DNA of 64,000 nt from Marinagarivorans sp. (GCA_046347475.1 JAXMGD010000003.1:453242-517241), one strand, 5' to 3'. Shown: positions 49,532-60,878, counted from the first letter of the stretch. Numbers and translations: made by a program. Notes: generated by a model not told the origin, from the sequence alone.

Positions 49532-51022
49532 ATGCCATTTTGTGGCACAACACATATGTATTTGAGAAACCGTATGACCATAAAATTGGCCCACAAGTTT
49601 TTTATTGCCCACGCCCTCATAATTCTTGTATTGGTGACGGCTTTTTTATCGTTTAGTTACGTATCCAACCAATCCTTAGTTAGCAACGCCATGAACGGCA
49701 TTGATAAAACCGTGATGGAAGAACTCGCGCCACTATTGGCAGGCTCCTATGTACAATCAGGCTCTTTTGATCACTGGATACAAGAACCTGGCAAATGGAA
49801 CGAATTAGTAGATGGGACATTTTTGCGGGTGTTCTTTTCAATTTCACCTATGCCGCATGGGGCGCCTGCGCCTATGTCCGCCCCTTCCGGTGGCCAAGCC
49901 CTCAAACCTTGTGAGCCGCCGTTTGCAACATTTTTGCAGCGTTTAACACTTTTGGCCGCTGATAAAACACCATTAATTAAAGCCCTTAAACCCGCGCCAG
50001 ACACTCATTTAGAAGCAATTAAAGTGCACGGGCGAATAGTTGGTTGGTTGCAAGTGGCAAAAATTAATGTTGATGCATTGCCCTATGCCGGTTATTTCTT
50101 TCATCAGCAGGTGCGTTTTACTCTGTGGGTGGTAGCCTGCGCGGGGCTCTTAGCATTAGCTTTGGGTTATTGGTTGGCGCAACATATGACGCAACCTATT
50201 CGTTTAATTACCGAAGAAACGCAAAAACTCGCCCAGCGAGATTTCACGGTGAATATTGCGGTACACACAGGTGATGAGCTAGAAGCACTAGGCAAACACA
50301 TCACGAGCATCGCGCAAGAGTTAAGTATGTTCAGCCAGCAACAAAAACAATGGCTATTGGATATTTCTCATGAGTTGCGCACACCCTTAACGATTTTATA
50401 CGGCGAGTTTAACGCCATGTTAGAGCATGTCTCGCCCATAAACGCCAGTGCCATAATATCCTTGCATGAAGAGGTGGTGCACCTTAAGCGCATAGTGGAT
50501 GATTTACACGCTTTATCCATGATGGATGCGGTGACGTTTCAATTAAATTGTGCGCCGGTGGATGCTGATGAGTTTATGCGTGAGCAAGTGGCTCGGTATG
50601 GTGAGCGATTTGCTGAGCAGGCAATAAAAATTACCTACGTGGAAGCTAAACCTGGATTATTAATCAATGTTGATGCTGATAGGCTGGGCCAAGTGGTACG
50701 CAATTTATTTGATAACAATGCACGCTACACCGACTCCCCTGGCGAGGTGCAGGTGACGCTGGAATCTGATGACAAAACGGTGCGGATTCAATTCGACGAT
50801 ACGGGGCCGGGGGTCCCTGCGGAGCTTTTAAATAAAGTCTTTGATCGCTTATATCGAGTCGATAGCGCCCGCACCCGCGTAAGCGGTGGGGCGGGTCTGG
50901 GTTTGAGTATTTGTAAAAATATTATCGAGGCACATCAGGGCTATATTCATGCCTCAGCCAGCCGTTTAGGCGGTTTGTGTATTGTGATTGGATTGCCTTT
51001 ATTTAAAGGGGCGCAGCTGTGA
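49532..51022 (+). CDS. Envelope-type sensor histidine kinase (BaeS/CpxA-like: periplasmic domain, HAMP, HisKA, HATPase)
   Basis: Two TM segments, HAMP, H-box ISHELRTPLTILYGE, G-boxes. Probable start at the internal Met at about 49574. Confidence 0.8.
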   Translation: MPFCGTTHMYLRNRMTIKLAHKFFIAHALIILVLVTAFLSFSYVSNQSLVSNAMNGIDKTVMEELAPLLAGSYVQSGSFDHWIQEPGKWNELVDGTFLRVFFSISPMPHGAPAPMSAPSGGQALKPCEPPFATFLQRLTLLAADKTPLIKALKPAPDTHLEAIKVHGRIVGWLQVAKINVDALPYAGYFFHQQVRFTLWVVACAGLLALALGYWLAQHMTQPIRLITEETQKLAQRDFTVNIAVHTGDELEALGKHITSIAQELSMFSQQQKQWLLDISHELRTPLTILYGEFNAMLEHVSPINASAIISLHEEVVHLKRIVDDLHALSMMDAVTFQLNCAPVDADEFMREQVARYGERFAEQAIKITYVEAKPGLLINVDADRLGQVVRNLFDNNARYTDSPGEVQVTLESDDKTVRIQFDDTGPGVPAELLNKVFDRLYRVDSARTRVSGGAGLGLSICKNIIEAHQGYIHASASRLGGLCIVIGLPLFKGAQL

Positions 51023-51693
51023 GCGCGACCATTTTGGTGGTGGAAGATGAAATTAAAATCGCCGACTTAATCGCCAAGTATTTAGCCCTAGAGGGTTATG
51101 AAGCCGTCACAGTACAAAATGGTGCTGATGCTTTAGCGCGATTTAAACAGCTGCGGCCACAATTGGTCATTTTGGATATTATGCTACCTGGTTTGGATGG
51201 GCTGGAAGTCTGTAAGCGTTTGCGCACTATCGCGGATACCCCCATTATTTTTTTAACGGCGCGTATACAGGATGTGGAGCGTTTAATGGGGTTTGCCGCT
51301 GGAGCGGATGACTACGTATGCAAGCCATTTAATCCACAGGAATTAATGGCTCGGGTGAAGGCAATCTTACGTCGCCGCCAACCGCCTGGTGAAGCTGCCC
51401 CCTTGTGTTATGAGGATATTGCGCTTGTATTAAGCGAGCACAGTGCTTTTGTGGGCGGCATAAAAATTCAATTAACCCAAATCGAATTTAAATTACTCAG
51501 TATGTTTGTAGAGCAGCCAAATAAGGTTTTTACTCGCGAAGAGCTGCTATTATCCAGCCATGGTAAATACACCGAATCCTACGAGCGCACGATCGATTTT
51601 CATATTAAAAATTTGCGCAAAAAAATTAATGCACCTTCAGGTAGCCGCTATATTCAAACTATTTACGGTCTGGGGTATAAGTTAGTGAATTAG
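51019..51693 (+). CDS. OmpR-family response regulator
   Basis: TILVVEDEIKIADLI...LVILDIMLPGLDG plus winged-helix C-terminus. 4-nt overlap with the kinase. Confidence 0.85.
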   Translation: MSATILVVEDEIKIADLIAKYLALEGYEAVTVQNGADALARFKQLRPQLVILDIMLPGLDGLEVCKRLRTIADTPIIFLTARIQDVERLMGFAAGADDYVCKPFNPQELMARVKAILRRRQPPGEAAPLCYEDIALVLSEHSAFVGGIKIQLTQIEFKLLSMFVEQPNKVFTREELLLSSHGKYTESYERTIDFHIKNLRKKINAPSGSRYIQTIYGLGYKLVN

Positions 51694-51828
51694 TCGTGTG
51701 CGCCCAATCGCCGAGCGGCAAGGGATTGGGCTGGGTAAATCCGCACGCATAATCGCGCACTTACACAGCCTGTACAGCCGCAGCCAAGGGCGTTAAGGTG
51801 TAGCGCTTGCTCCTGTGGGAGGCGCTTC

Positions 51829-53010
51829 ATGCATTTTGCTTTAATTTCTAGTATTAACCAGGTTCCCGCTGCGGCCTGGCAGGCGCTTTGGCGTACCGAC
51901 TATCCTTTTATTCAGCACGATTTTATGGCCCTGCTTGAGGCCAGCGATTGTGTGGGCGGGCGCAGTGGGTGGGCGCCTTTGCATATTTTGGTGTGGCAGG
52001 GCGAGCAGTTGGTGGCAGCTATGCCGGGTTATCTTAAAACCCATTCCTACGGTGAATATGTATTTGACTGGAGCTGGGCTGATGCCTACGGGCGCCACCA
52101 ATTGGATTATTACCCCAAGTGGATTAACGCCATGCCGTTTACCCCCGCCACTGGCCCCCGTGTGGCCTTTGCGGCGGGGGTGGATGAGGTGGCGGTGGGG
52201 CAGGTTTTAGCGGCGGCCTGGCAGGCGCTGGTTGAGCAGGGCGTGCATAGCCTGCACAGTTTATTTCCCGATGCCGACAGCCTACAAAAAATACCCAATC
52301 AGTGGCACACCCGTTGGGGTTGCCAATATCACTGGATTAATAAAGATAATGTAAAAACCTGGGACGAATTTTTAGCGCTTTGCCATAGCCGCAAACGCAA
52401 AATGATAGTGAAAGAGCGGCAAAAAGTGCAGGCCTCAGGTTTAACGATTGAGGTCAAATCTGCGGCGCAATTAACCCTTAGCGATTGGCAGGCATTTTAT
52501 CGCTTATATCAAAATACCTACGCTAAACGCAGTGGCCGCAGCGGCTATTTAACGCAGCGTTTTTTTACTGGATTACAGTCTATTTTGCCCGGCCAGATTC
52601 ACCGTGTAGATGTAAGCCGAGCCGGGCAATTAATTGCCGCCGCTTTGTATTTTAGTGATGCCAGCACCTTATACGGGCGTTATTGGGGCTGTAGCGAGGA
52701 ATACGACGGCCTGCATTTTGAAGCCTGTTATTACCAGGGCATTGAATTAGCCTTGCAGTTAGGCCTTACTCGTTTTGACCCCGGCGCCCAGGGCGAGCAT
52801 AAAATTGCCCGTGGGTTTACACCTATTTTTACTCGCTCAAAACATTTTTTAGTGCACGCGGGTTTTCATGAGGCGGTGGGTGAATTTTGTCGGGAAGAAC
52901 ATGAGGGGATTGAGCGTTATATTCAAACCGCCCGCCAAGGCTTGCCTTTTAAAGAGGGTATTCGCTGCGAGCCAGCGGATATTTTATATTCGTGTGCGGC
53001 GCCCGATTAA
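51829..53010 (+). CDS. FemAB-like/GNAT-fold acyltransferase-family protein (DUF482-like); tentative
   Basis: 393 aa. The size and two-lobed architecture resemble FemABX-type proteins, and only their overall pattern is recognised. Confidence 0.4.
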   Translation: MHFALISSINQVPAAAWQALWRTDYPFIQHDFMALLEASDCVGGRSGWAPLHILVWQGEQLVAAMPGYLKTHSYGEYVFDWSWADAYGRHQLDYYPKWINAMPFTPATGPRVAFAAGVDEVAVGQVLAAAWQALVEQGVHSLHSLFPDADSLQKIPNQWHTRWGCQYHWINKDNVKTWDEFLALCHSRKRKMIVKERQKVQASGLTIEVKSAAQLTLSDWQAFYRLYQNTYAKRSGRSGYLTQRFFTGLQSILPGQIHRVDVSRAGQLIAAALYFSDASTLYGRYWGCSEEYDGLHFEACYYQGIELALQLGLTRFDPGAQGEHKIARGFTPIFTRSKHFLVHAGFHEAVGEFCREEHEGIERYIQTARQGLPFKEGIRCEPADILYSCAAPD

Positions 53011-53111
53011 GGCGTGAAGGGTTTTAAGGGGCTGTTAATTTTTTGCTCGTGTATGGAATTAATCAGCGCGTCCTTCCGTACCGCTAGTAACAATCAACAG
53101 CGAGTATCACT

Positions 53112-53348
53112 ATGCAAATACTACTGCGTCGAGCGGTTGGTTTGGCGTGTTTAGTCATGGCCGCTTATATTCTTGTGCAGGTGGGGCAAGGCCTAATGGC
53201 TGGGCACGTTAATAAACTCAGCAAACACCATCAGGAGGTTATAGCGCGTGCGGTGCAGCCTGAGCGTTTTTGGCTTGCCATTGGTTTTTGGAGCCTCGGG
53301 GCAGGCATCTTAATCGTTACGGGTGTGAAAAAAATGACTGCGCGCTAA
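53112..53348 (+). CDS. Small two-TM membrane protein (78 aa), hypothetical
   Basis: Two hydrophobic helices. Isolated ORF with plausible spacing. Confidence 0.35.
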   Translation: MQILLRRAVGLACLVMAAYILVQVGQGLMAGHVNKLSKHHQEVIARAVQPERFWLAIGFWSLGAGILIVTGVKKMTAR

Positions 53349-53602
53349 AGCTTAGTTAGGCAATTTTTCTTCCTGTTTCCTTCATTCATTTCTGCCGCCC
53401 CCAACTGCTTAGTCAAGCGGCTTTAATGTCATACCATATGCTTAGTTTGTGTGGCTGCGGTTGACTTGGCCTCTATTCATGAATAAGTCTGTGTTTTGAG
53501 CGTGATGCAAACGGCGGTGTTGTTAGCCGCTGCGGTATACACTTGCAGACTCAACAATTCAGGGCGACAACGATTTCTTTTTTGTAAGCGTTCTGAATTC
53601 TC

Positions 53603-53745
53603 TAAGGAACCTCTAATTAATTCTAGTTTTTGCCTTTTTTCAAAACTGTCGCGGGCATGGAGCCCGCGCCGGAGCTACAGGGATGTGCTCGGGCAGTTTT
53701 GAAAAAAGGCAAAAGCCAGAATTAATCAGAGCCTCCCTAACAGCT
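53603..53745. repeat. Palindromic intergenic repeat, family B copy 3
   Basis: ggaacctctaattaattctagtttttgccttttttcaaaactgtcgcgggcatggagcccgcgccggagctacaggga...ttttgaaaaaaggcaaaagccagaattaatcagag. Confidence 0.7.
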
Positions 53746-54016
53746 TGTTGAACTAGGTTGGCAGCAAGAGTATGGCAAGGCAAATTTGGCGAAAAAACCG
53801 CAGTTTACACCTAGTAAATGAGGATTTTTCGCCAACTTTAACGCCGCCAGACCTAGCTAGGTAGTATTTCAACAAGCTGCTCAGTGACTTTTAGGGTTAA
53901 AACAGGAGCGCTGGGAATTTTTTACTTTATTTTTTGCAATCGACGCGGGTGATGCGTCGTTGGGTCAAAAAAATATCCACTCTTTACTGCGTTTTTACCC
54001 GTACATATAACCGCCT

Positions 54017-56095
54017 GTGGAGGTGATCGTGAAAATAGTTATTCTCTTATTTTTGGCTACCGCCTTATTCGCCTGCGGCGCCTCGCCCGGTGGGGAGGGC
54101 ACCTCGTCTAGCTCATCCAGTTCATCCAGCGGCAAATTGGCCAGCAGTAGCTCAAGTTCCTCGGGTAAAAGCTCAAGTTCATCCAGCAGCAGCTCAAGCT
54201 CCTCGGGCAAAAGCTCAAGTTCTTCCAGCAGTAGTTCCAGTTCCTCCGGTAAAAGTTCAAGTTCTTCTAGCAGTAGTTCAAGTTCCTCCAGCAGCAGTTC
54301 GTCTTCCTCAGGTGCTCCCTTGAGTTGTGAGCTGGGCACAAGCCAGACCCAATGGGCTACCCGCTGCAGCGCGCCGCCCAGTTGTGTGGCGGGCACTTGG
54401 AACCCACCGAAAGACGGCGGCGAAAATGGTGCTCCTCTACGCCTGGAAACAGAGCATTTTGCTTTTTATTGGAAAGACGGCACCAATATTACAGACGCGG
54501 ACGCCAAAGCCGCAGGTGTTACCTTGGAATCTATTTGGGATAAATATTTTACCGCGCCCATAAATTTCCCCGAGCCCTACTGCAACAGCAGTAAAAAATG
54601 GAAAGCGGCTGTGCATTTTGATAACAGCTTCCCCTTGTGGGGCGGTGCCTGGAGCCGCAACGGCATTAATTATGCCGGCATGTGGGTAGGGCCGGGTGCG
54701 GCCAAGGATAATTGGGGCTTGGCCCATGAATTTATGCACGGCGTGCAATCCTTAACGCCTGCGTTTTCTGAATGTGGCGGGCAGGGCTGTTGGATTTTTG
54801 AAAGCCACGCCAATTGGATGCCTCACCAAATATACCGCGACAACGTGCACTGTTCTGAAATGCTCGCCAACGCGCCCCATCTACACTACGGCAATACCCG
54901 CGACCGCTACTGCAACTGGCAATTTTTTGAGTACGTTAAAGATCGTTTTTGCCCCAGCGCTATTAATGATATGTGGACCACTGAAGCGCCCCAAGGCCAA
55001 CGGGACCCCTTTCAAAAACTCATGTATGCCAACCGTTGGACGCTAGAAGAATTAAACGATTTATTTGGCGAGTGGGCCATGCACAACGTCACCTGGGATT
55101 ACATGAACCCCGATGGTAGCAATCAGGGCGCGATTTACCGCAAAAATTACGGTGCAATTACCGATACACAATACAGCCAGCGCCGTTTGCGCATGACACA
55201 ATTAGAGTCATTAGATAATGACTGGGCTAAAAATCGACGCTTTAGCTCACCTTATTATTGGGCGCCCCAACGCTGGGGGTACAACGTTATTCGCCTGTAC
55301 CCCGATGCGGGGGCCAGTAGTGTGCGCATTAAATTTCGCGGGGTGTTACAGCCGGGCGCCAATACCGGTTTTCGTTGGGGGCTGGTCGCCACCGATGGCA
55401 ATATTCAAAATCCGCGTTACAGCAGTATAAAAGCCGGTACCGATGGAGAATTAAATTTTTGTCTTAACGCGAACGAACAATTATTTTTAGTGGTGTTAGC
55501 GGCGCCCACTCAATATCAAAAAATTACCTGGCAACAACCCAGCGACGGCACACCTTACCCCAGTATTTACCGCTACCCCTATATGCTGGAATTAACCAAC
55601 GCCTGGCCGGCCGGTTTTAAAAATGGCAGCCGCGATAATTGCGCGACTAATTTAGTGCGCCATAGCAATGGTGGTGGCTGCGCTCCGGCCAATACACCCA
55701 GCAGTGTTTATGTGGGCCCATACGCCACGGTGGCGGGTGGCAAAGTGAGCGATAATGCGCGCATTGAAGATCAGGCTATGGTGGTAAATGGCACGGTGAG
55801 CGGCAATGCCCGCGTGGGCGCTTTAACCACACTAGGTGTAGCCGCCAACGCGCACCATGGGGCAGCCAGTTTTACTGTAACGGGCAATGCCAGTGTAATG
55901 GCAAGTTTTTATCCCATGGGGTGGTTTGCTAATAATGCTACAGCACAGGGTTCGGTGCAGTTATGGGGTGATCTGGAGTATTACACCAATGCCAAAACCA
56001 GCGGTATTTTTTACGGCTTAGTGGATGAAGCGGCTACAGGGGTTCCCACGGCAGCAGAAGTAACCTTGCCGCCGCCGTATAGTTGGCGTAATTAA
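54017..56095 (+). CDS. Lipoprotein with poly-Ser linker, HExxH metallopeptidase-like domain and C-terminal beta-helix-like repeats
   Basis: Lipobox LFACGAS. About 90 aa Ser linker. GLAHEFMHGVQ (HExxH). C-terminal repetitive G/N/V-rich segment (GGKVSDNARIEDQAMVVNGTVSGNARVGALTT). Confidence 0.7.
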   Translation: MEVIVKIVILLFLATALFACGASPGGEGTSSSSSSSSSGKLASSSSSSSGKSSSSSSSSSSSSGKSSSSSSSSSSSSGKSSSSSSSSSSSSSSSSSSSGAPLSCELGTSQTQWATRCSAPPSCVAGTWNPPKDGGENGAPLRLETEHFAFYWKDGTNITDADAKAAGVTLESIWDKYFTAPINFPEPYCNSSKKWKAAVHFDNSFPLWGGAWSRNGINYAGMWVGPGAAKDNWGLAHEFMHGVQSLTPAFSECGGQGCWIFESHANWMPHQIYRDNVHCSEMLANAPHLHYGNTRDRYCNWQFFEYVKDRFCPSAINDMWTTEAPQGQRDPFQKLMYANRWTLEELNDLFGEWAMHNVTWDYMNPDGSNQGAIYRKNYGAITDTQYSQRRLRMTQLESLDNDWAKNRRFSSPYYWAPQRWGYNVIRLYPDAGASSVRIKFRGVLQPGANTGFRWGLVATDGNIQNPRYSSIKAGTDGELNFCLNANEQLFLVVLAAPTQYQKITWQQPSDGTPYPSIYRYPYMLELTNAWPAGFKNGSRDNCATNLVRHSNGGGCAPANTPSSVYVGPYATVAGGKVSDNARIEDQAMVVNGTVSGNARVGALTTLGVAANAHHGAASFTVTGNASVMASFYPMGWFANNATAQGSVQLWGDLEYYTNAKTSGIFYGLVDEAATGVPTAAEVTLPPPYSWRN

Positions 56096-56130
56096 TTCTA
56101 AGGGTGCACTGATTACTGGCTGTACGGAAG

Positions 56131-56232
56131 CGATGAATACACATCGTTTCGGACCGTCAAAAAGAGAGACTTTTTTGACGCGCCTACAAGGATGTATTTA
56201 CGGCGTGTCAGAAATGATGTGTATTCATTGCC
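56131..56232. repeat. Structured repeat, family A copy 2
   Basis: gaatacacatcgtttcggac / gtcagaaatgatgtgtattc outer stem around a conserved core cgtcaaaaagagagacttttttgacg...ggatgtatttacggcgtgtc. Confidence 0.7.
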
Positions 56233-56241
56233 GGTGCCTAG

Positions 56242-56350
56242 GTAGGAATTCCATTTCAAAATCGCCCGAGTAGCACCCTCGCGGGCTCCATGCCCGCGAG
56301 GGTTTTGAAAAAAGGCAAAGCCAGGAATTAACAGAGGTTCCCTAAGGCAT
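56242..56350. repeat. Family B repeat, partial copy 4, fused to family A copy 2
   Basis: gcgggctccatgcccgcgagggttttgaaaaaaggcaaagccaggaattaacagaggttcc. Confidence 0.6.
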
Positions 56351-57259
56351 TGCCGAGAAATGACGTCGCTTTCGCTGGCGTCGTTCAAGTGTGCACACAA
56401 TATCTTTTTAATCAGCAAATGCTGCGAGTATTGGCGAGGCTCGCGACGGCTTAGGCCGTGGCGCCAAAACCGCTAGTAAAAAACGGGTTAATATCGGTGT
56501 GCCGAGTAAAAATCCAGTTCTATATAGCCAGTGTATTTGGCTCTTCCATTATTGTGCTATGCGCTTAGGGTATTAACCGGGCAGTTTTAATGCGGCGACA
56601 CAATAACTCAGCGCGATCATTTTGTTCCCAGGTGAATAAGCTGCCTGCGCCATCAGCAGATTAATTTAACTAGACTATTATAAGAAGTAGCTAATAGTGT
56701 GACGCGTTTAGCTCTATTTTAATCGTGATTTATTCACTTATTACGGCGGTGAATTGCTATTAATTATATGGGCCTTTGGCTATAGCCGACTGCAACACGC
56801 TGCTAGACGAATTTAGGCTGGGTGCCCGGCAAAAAATAAGGCGCAGGGCTGCTTGGCTATGCCGCAGATGTAGGCTGGAATTCTGTGGGCCCTGCAAGAA
56901 TCACCGCCATCTGGGGATATTGCTGGAGCCTAGGGAATAGCTGGAGCGAATCTGCTAAGTCTCAATTGCACCAAGTCAGAATTCGGCAGTGAGTTTTTAA
57001 GCCTTGTAAGGCTAGGGGGTAGTGAAGGATGCCGGGCAACACAAACCCCACGCGGCTCGGGCAGTATTTTGCTGCTCAGGTGCTGTTTATTTTTAGCATC
57101 AGGGTTATGGGCCCCATTCATACAGGGCGGGAATTAATCAACGCATCGTGAAATCAGACTATTGCTTGTGTCCTTAAGGTGTGTGGCGCTTAAGCTTTTG
57201 GATGCAGCCTGCTGTTGTGGCTACTGGAATTATTATTTTCAAAAGGTGCGTGTAGCTTT

Positions 57260-58957
57260 ATGCCTAACAATCGTCACGCCAAGATTCGGTTGGTGTTATT
57301 TACGCCTTATCACGAAGGGTTTTTCTATGGTGAAATTATTAACCATGTGCGCCTGCTGTGTAAGTTAAAAAACTATGCGTTGGATGTTATAGCTACCCAC
57401 AGTTTGGGTGAATACCACAGTAATTTTTGGCTGGCCAATGTGGGCGCCGTTATTATTGTGCGCAATGCCATCAGCCCAAGCTTCGCCGCCGAGCTAAGTG
57501 CGCGGGGGATTCCCTGTGTATCCATTGCGTATGATTATTTTCCCGCGCCGATCAATATGGTGTGCAGCGATAATCGCCAGGGCGTTAAGTTGGCCTTTGA
57601 ACATTTAGTGGCTAAGGGCCACAGCCGGATTGCTTTTATCGGTGATTTAACCCAGTACGATTTGCGCAAGCGCTATGAGGCCTATTGTGAAGAACACGGT
57701 CGCCATCATTTGCCGCTGGATGAAGAGCTCTCATTTTTTACCCAAACTACTACCTATTTAGGTGGCTTTAACGCCGCCACTGAATTTGTAAAACGCGACT
57801 GCGATGCCACCGCTGTTATTGCCGGAGCGGGGCTTTTGGCGGAAGGATTTAAATCGCGTTTAAATGATATCAGCCCCATGTTGTGTGAGTCGTTGGAAAT
57901 TGTTGCCTTTGATGTAATGCCCGTGCAGATATTATCCAATAAATCCACGGTGGCGATTGATTTAAACCTCATGTTCATCGCCCATAATTGCATCACAATT
58001 ATCGAGCGCATTCGCGCAGGTCACGATGTGGAGCATCAAACCAAAATTGATTGTCGCCTGGTGACCTTGCCCGCATTTGGCGTGGCCGCCGCCGATGATT
58101 TAGCCCCCTGTTTAGAGGACGCGAGTTTCACCAATACCCCCTACGTGAAAAGCCTGATCACGAATATGTACGAGTGGACCATGGCGATTGCCGGCACGGG
58201 GTTGAGCGATGTGATGAGCTTATCGCCGCTGTTTGACCAGCTGTTAAAAATGGGCTTGTTATTTAGGCTGGTCAAGGGCGCAGGCGCCGTGGAGTCGGCC
58301 CGTTTAGTTAAGGTGTGCAAACGGCGGGAAACTTTATTAATGGATAAATACGACCCTGCTAATCAGTGTTTGTCTGAGGAGGTGCAAAACCATTTTGAAT
58401 CGTATTTTGAACACGCCGAATATGAGTTAACCACCAGCTTCCCCATTGTGATTAACGGCAAAATGTGGGGGATGTTTACCGCCTGTGGCCTTAATGAAAT
58501 TAGTGATAGCCGCAATAATTATTTGGCGCTCTTGTGTTATCTGGATTTGTCGATTCAATTTTTAACCAAAAATATCGTCTCCTCCTTGGATGCCGCGGCC
58601 GAGAAAAATCCTACGCCCCATGCCACCACGGCCGATAACTGTGGCATAGTGAAGTGGGATTTAGCCAAGGGCGTAGTGGAGTGGAGTGATGAGGCCTTGG
58701 CGTTTTTAGGTTTAATGTCCCCGCTGGAGAAAAATATTTACCGCTACATGGAGCTGGATGATCGAGTCCATGACGAGGACCAAAGTGTTCTGCGCTCAGG
58801 GCTTTATAAACTGCATGAACAAGCGGTACCCCTGCATGTGCAGGTGCGAATGAAATCCAAAGCGGGGCCTTATCTTTTGATGCGGATAGATGGCCAAGCG
58901 GAACTCGCGCAGAAATTACTTTTATTTGAGCTGCGGCAGGAGTTGGGGGCACTGTAG
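57260..58957 (+). CDS. Cytoplasmic sensor-like protein: LacI/RbsB-type periplasmic-binding-fold domain (no HTH), central GAF-like region, C-terminal PAS
   Basis: IRLVLFTPYHEGFFYGEII...GHSRIAFIGDLTQYDLRKRYEAY matches the LacI-family ligand-binding core. C-terminal WDLAKGVVEWSDEALAFLG...HVQVRMKSKAGPYLLMRIDGQ is PAS-like. No signal peptide and no DNA-binding domain. Low GC. Confidence 0.6.
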   Translation: MPNNRHAKIRLVLFTPYHEGFFYGEIINHVRLLCKLKNYALDVIATHSLGEYHSNFWLANVGAVIIVRNAISPSFAAELSARGIPCVSIAYDYFPAPINMVCSDNRQGVKLAFEHLVAKGHSRIAFIGDLTQYDLRKRYEAYCEEHGRHHLPLDEELSFFTQTTTYLGGFNAATEFVKRDCDATAVIAGAGLLAEGFKSRLNDISPMLCESLEIVAFDVMPVQILSNKSTVAIDLNLMFIAHNCITIIERIRAGHDVEHQTKIDCRLVTLPAFGVAAADDLAPCLEDASFTNTPYVKSLITNMYEWTMAIAGTGLSDVMSLSPLFDQLLKMGLLFRLVKGAGAVESARLVKVCKRRETLLMDKYDPANQCLSEEVQNHFESYFEHAEYELTTSFPIVINGKMWGMFTACGLNEISDSRNNYLALLCYLDLSIQFLTKNIVSSLDAAAEKNPTPHATTADNCGIVKWDLAKGVVEWSDEALAFLGLMSPLEKNIYRYMELDDRVHDEDQSVLRSGLYKLHEQAVPLHVQVRMKSKAGPYLLMRIDGQAELAQKLLLFELRQELGAL

Positions 58958-58961
58958 GCCT

Positions 58962-60878
58962 ATGCAATCACTATGGGCAGTATTAACAACCTATCCCTGG
59001 TTGTGGGCAAGTTTATTCTTGGCTACCACAGGGATTCTTGTGATTTGCCTGGCCAAACAGCACCTGCGCGACAAACAGACTCATCCGACTACAAACAGCA
59101 GCCTAAGCCCAGAAGAGCAGGACCGCGCGATCATTCTGAATTTTTTAGTGGAGCAGTTTGATAAAACAAAACGCCTGCAGGACAACGTGTATTTTCGTCA
59201 CGATGAGCTAGACCGGCACGCCTGCTCGCTGCGCAGTGCCTATTTAAAAATAGAAGAAAAAAGTTTATTAAACCATGCCGATCATCGCAATTATCACCTG
59301 GCTATTAATAAGTCATTAGTTAAATTGCTGAAAATAATTCGTGATGATGCGGTCAAAGCCATCGACCAGGAGGGATTGTCGGATCACTCATTACATGAGG
59401 CCCTCGACGGCTCATCACTGAGCGCCCAAGAGAAGAGCGATTTACTGGACGAAATCGAAACCTTTTGTGACCAACTCAAATCCGGCGCTATAGGCGTTGA
59501 ATACAGGAAAAAACGCTACAAACAGCTCTTGTCCATGATTAAAAATGTAGAGAATACCGAAGAGCGCGTGGCGATGAAAAAATTGCTGCTGTTGGCGGAA
59601 TCCGCCGATGCAAGCTTCACACACTACTCCAATCTATCGGAATCGGTTTTTAATGCAGGCTCTGATGTGGCCGCCTTAGAAGGCGCCTTAGACGGCAGCG
59701 GGCAGGGCCTTAGTGCTCAAGTGCGGGCACAATTAGAGGCCCTGAATAAAGAAAATATGAAACTCTATTCCCAAGTGCAAATGCTGCGGCAGTGGTCTAA
59801 GGAGCATAAAAAACTCGCTTATCCCGAAGGGGTCAGCCTGAGCACCAACGCCATTAATGATGTCTCGGATGAAATTATTAGCAAGCATGAGGAGGAGCTT
59901 AAAGCCTTAAAAGCCCTGGTGCGCAATCAAAAGCTAACCATTGTTGAGCTGGAAAGCAGTTTGGATGAGTACCGCAAGTTAGAACCTGTCAAAGGTGTAA
60001 AACCCGCCTATGAGCAGGAGTTTGGTGCCTTAAACCGCAGGCTTAGCGCCACCGAAGACTTAATTAGCGAGCAGGAGAAAAATGTCGGCCGTATGCGCAG
60101 CGGGCTTGATGCCCTGAGCAGCCAAGCACCCAGTGGAGATGAACGCGCAACTTTGATGCAGTGCATCGATAAACTCAAAAAAGAAGTAGTAGAAGCAAAA
60201 GAGGCTTATAGCACTAAAAATGTAGAGTTCGATTTTATCAGTGAATTAATTCGCGTCGGCTCCCTTGAAGATTTGGCCTTGTTGGTGTTCCAATATTTTT
60301 GTGATCAAAAATGCGACCCATTTTTGCTGATTACCCATAAGGGCCGCAGCATTGAGATGTCCGCTAGTGGGTCTTTATCGGTTAAAGATAAAACCATTAT
60401 TAACGCTATGATGCCCAATGATGCCTCCAAGGATGATGAGCGTTTTCAGTTGCAGTTTCGCTATCAGAATTTTGGCGGCATACTGCGTTTTTTGCCGGGC
60501 AGCACCGATAATTACGACGCCTGTGAGGCCATGTTAAAAATGGCCAAGATTACCGATGCCTTTATTGAAAAAATATCCAGCGGGCAGACTATGCGCGGTG
60601 TTAAAAAACAATTGGAGCAGTGCGCGAATGACGTTAAACAGTTGGCGCAAACCGTAGATGTGGGCTTTGAACACCTCTGTCAAACCCACCGCCAGCTAGT
60701 GGCTAACCATGTGCTTCGCACTCAAAACCTGTTGCGTGTGAAAGGTGCCAGCGCTGCCCAGATTGCCTGCTTAAAACAAATGGAAACTGAGATGTTAGAG
60801 GATATGGTGCTCAACGGCAGTGTGCGCATTAAAATGCGCAAAGAATTTTTAACGCTGGTTAAAAAAGTGGAGTCATGA
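58962..60878 (+). CDS. N-terminally membrane-anchored coiled-coil protein with a C-terminal GAF-like domain, hypothetical
   Basis: TM helix LWASLFLATTGILVICLA. Long heptad-rich region. Starts 4 nt after the stop of the upstream gene. Confidence 0.6.
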   Translation: MQSLWAVLTTYPWLWASLFLATTGILVICLAKQHLRDKQTHPTTNSSLSPEEQDRAIILNFLVEQFDKTKRLQDNVYFRHDELDRHACSLRSAYLKIEEKSLLNHADHRNYHLAINKSLVKLLKIIRDDAVKAIDQEGLSDHSLHEALDGSSLSAQEKSDLLDEIETFCDQLKSGAIGVEYRKKRYKQLLSMIKNVENTEERVAMKKLLLLAESADASFTHYSNLSESVFNAGSDVAALEGALDGSGQGLSAQVRAQLEALNKENMKLYSQVQMLRQWSKEHKKLAYPEGVSLSTNAINDVSDEIISKHEEELKALKALVRNQKLTIVELESSLDEYRKLEPVKGVKPAYEQEFGALNRRLSATEDLISEQEKNVGRMRSGLDALSSQAPSGDERATLMQCIDKLKKEVVEAKEAYSTKNVEFDFISELIRVGSLEDLALLVFQYFCDQKCDPFLLITHKGRSIEMSASGSLSVKDKTIINAMMPNDASKDDERFQLQFRYQNFGGILRFLPGSTDNYDACEAMLKMAKITDAFIEKISSGQTMRGVKKQLEQCANDVKQLAQTVDVGFEHLCQTHRQLVANHVLRTQNLLRVKGASAAQIACLKQMETEMLEDMVLNGSVRIKMRKEFLTLVKKVES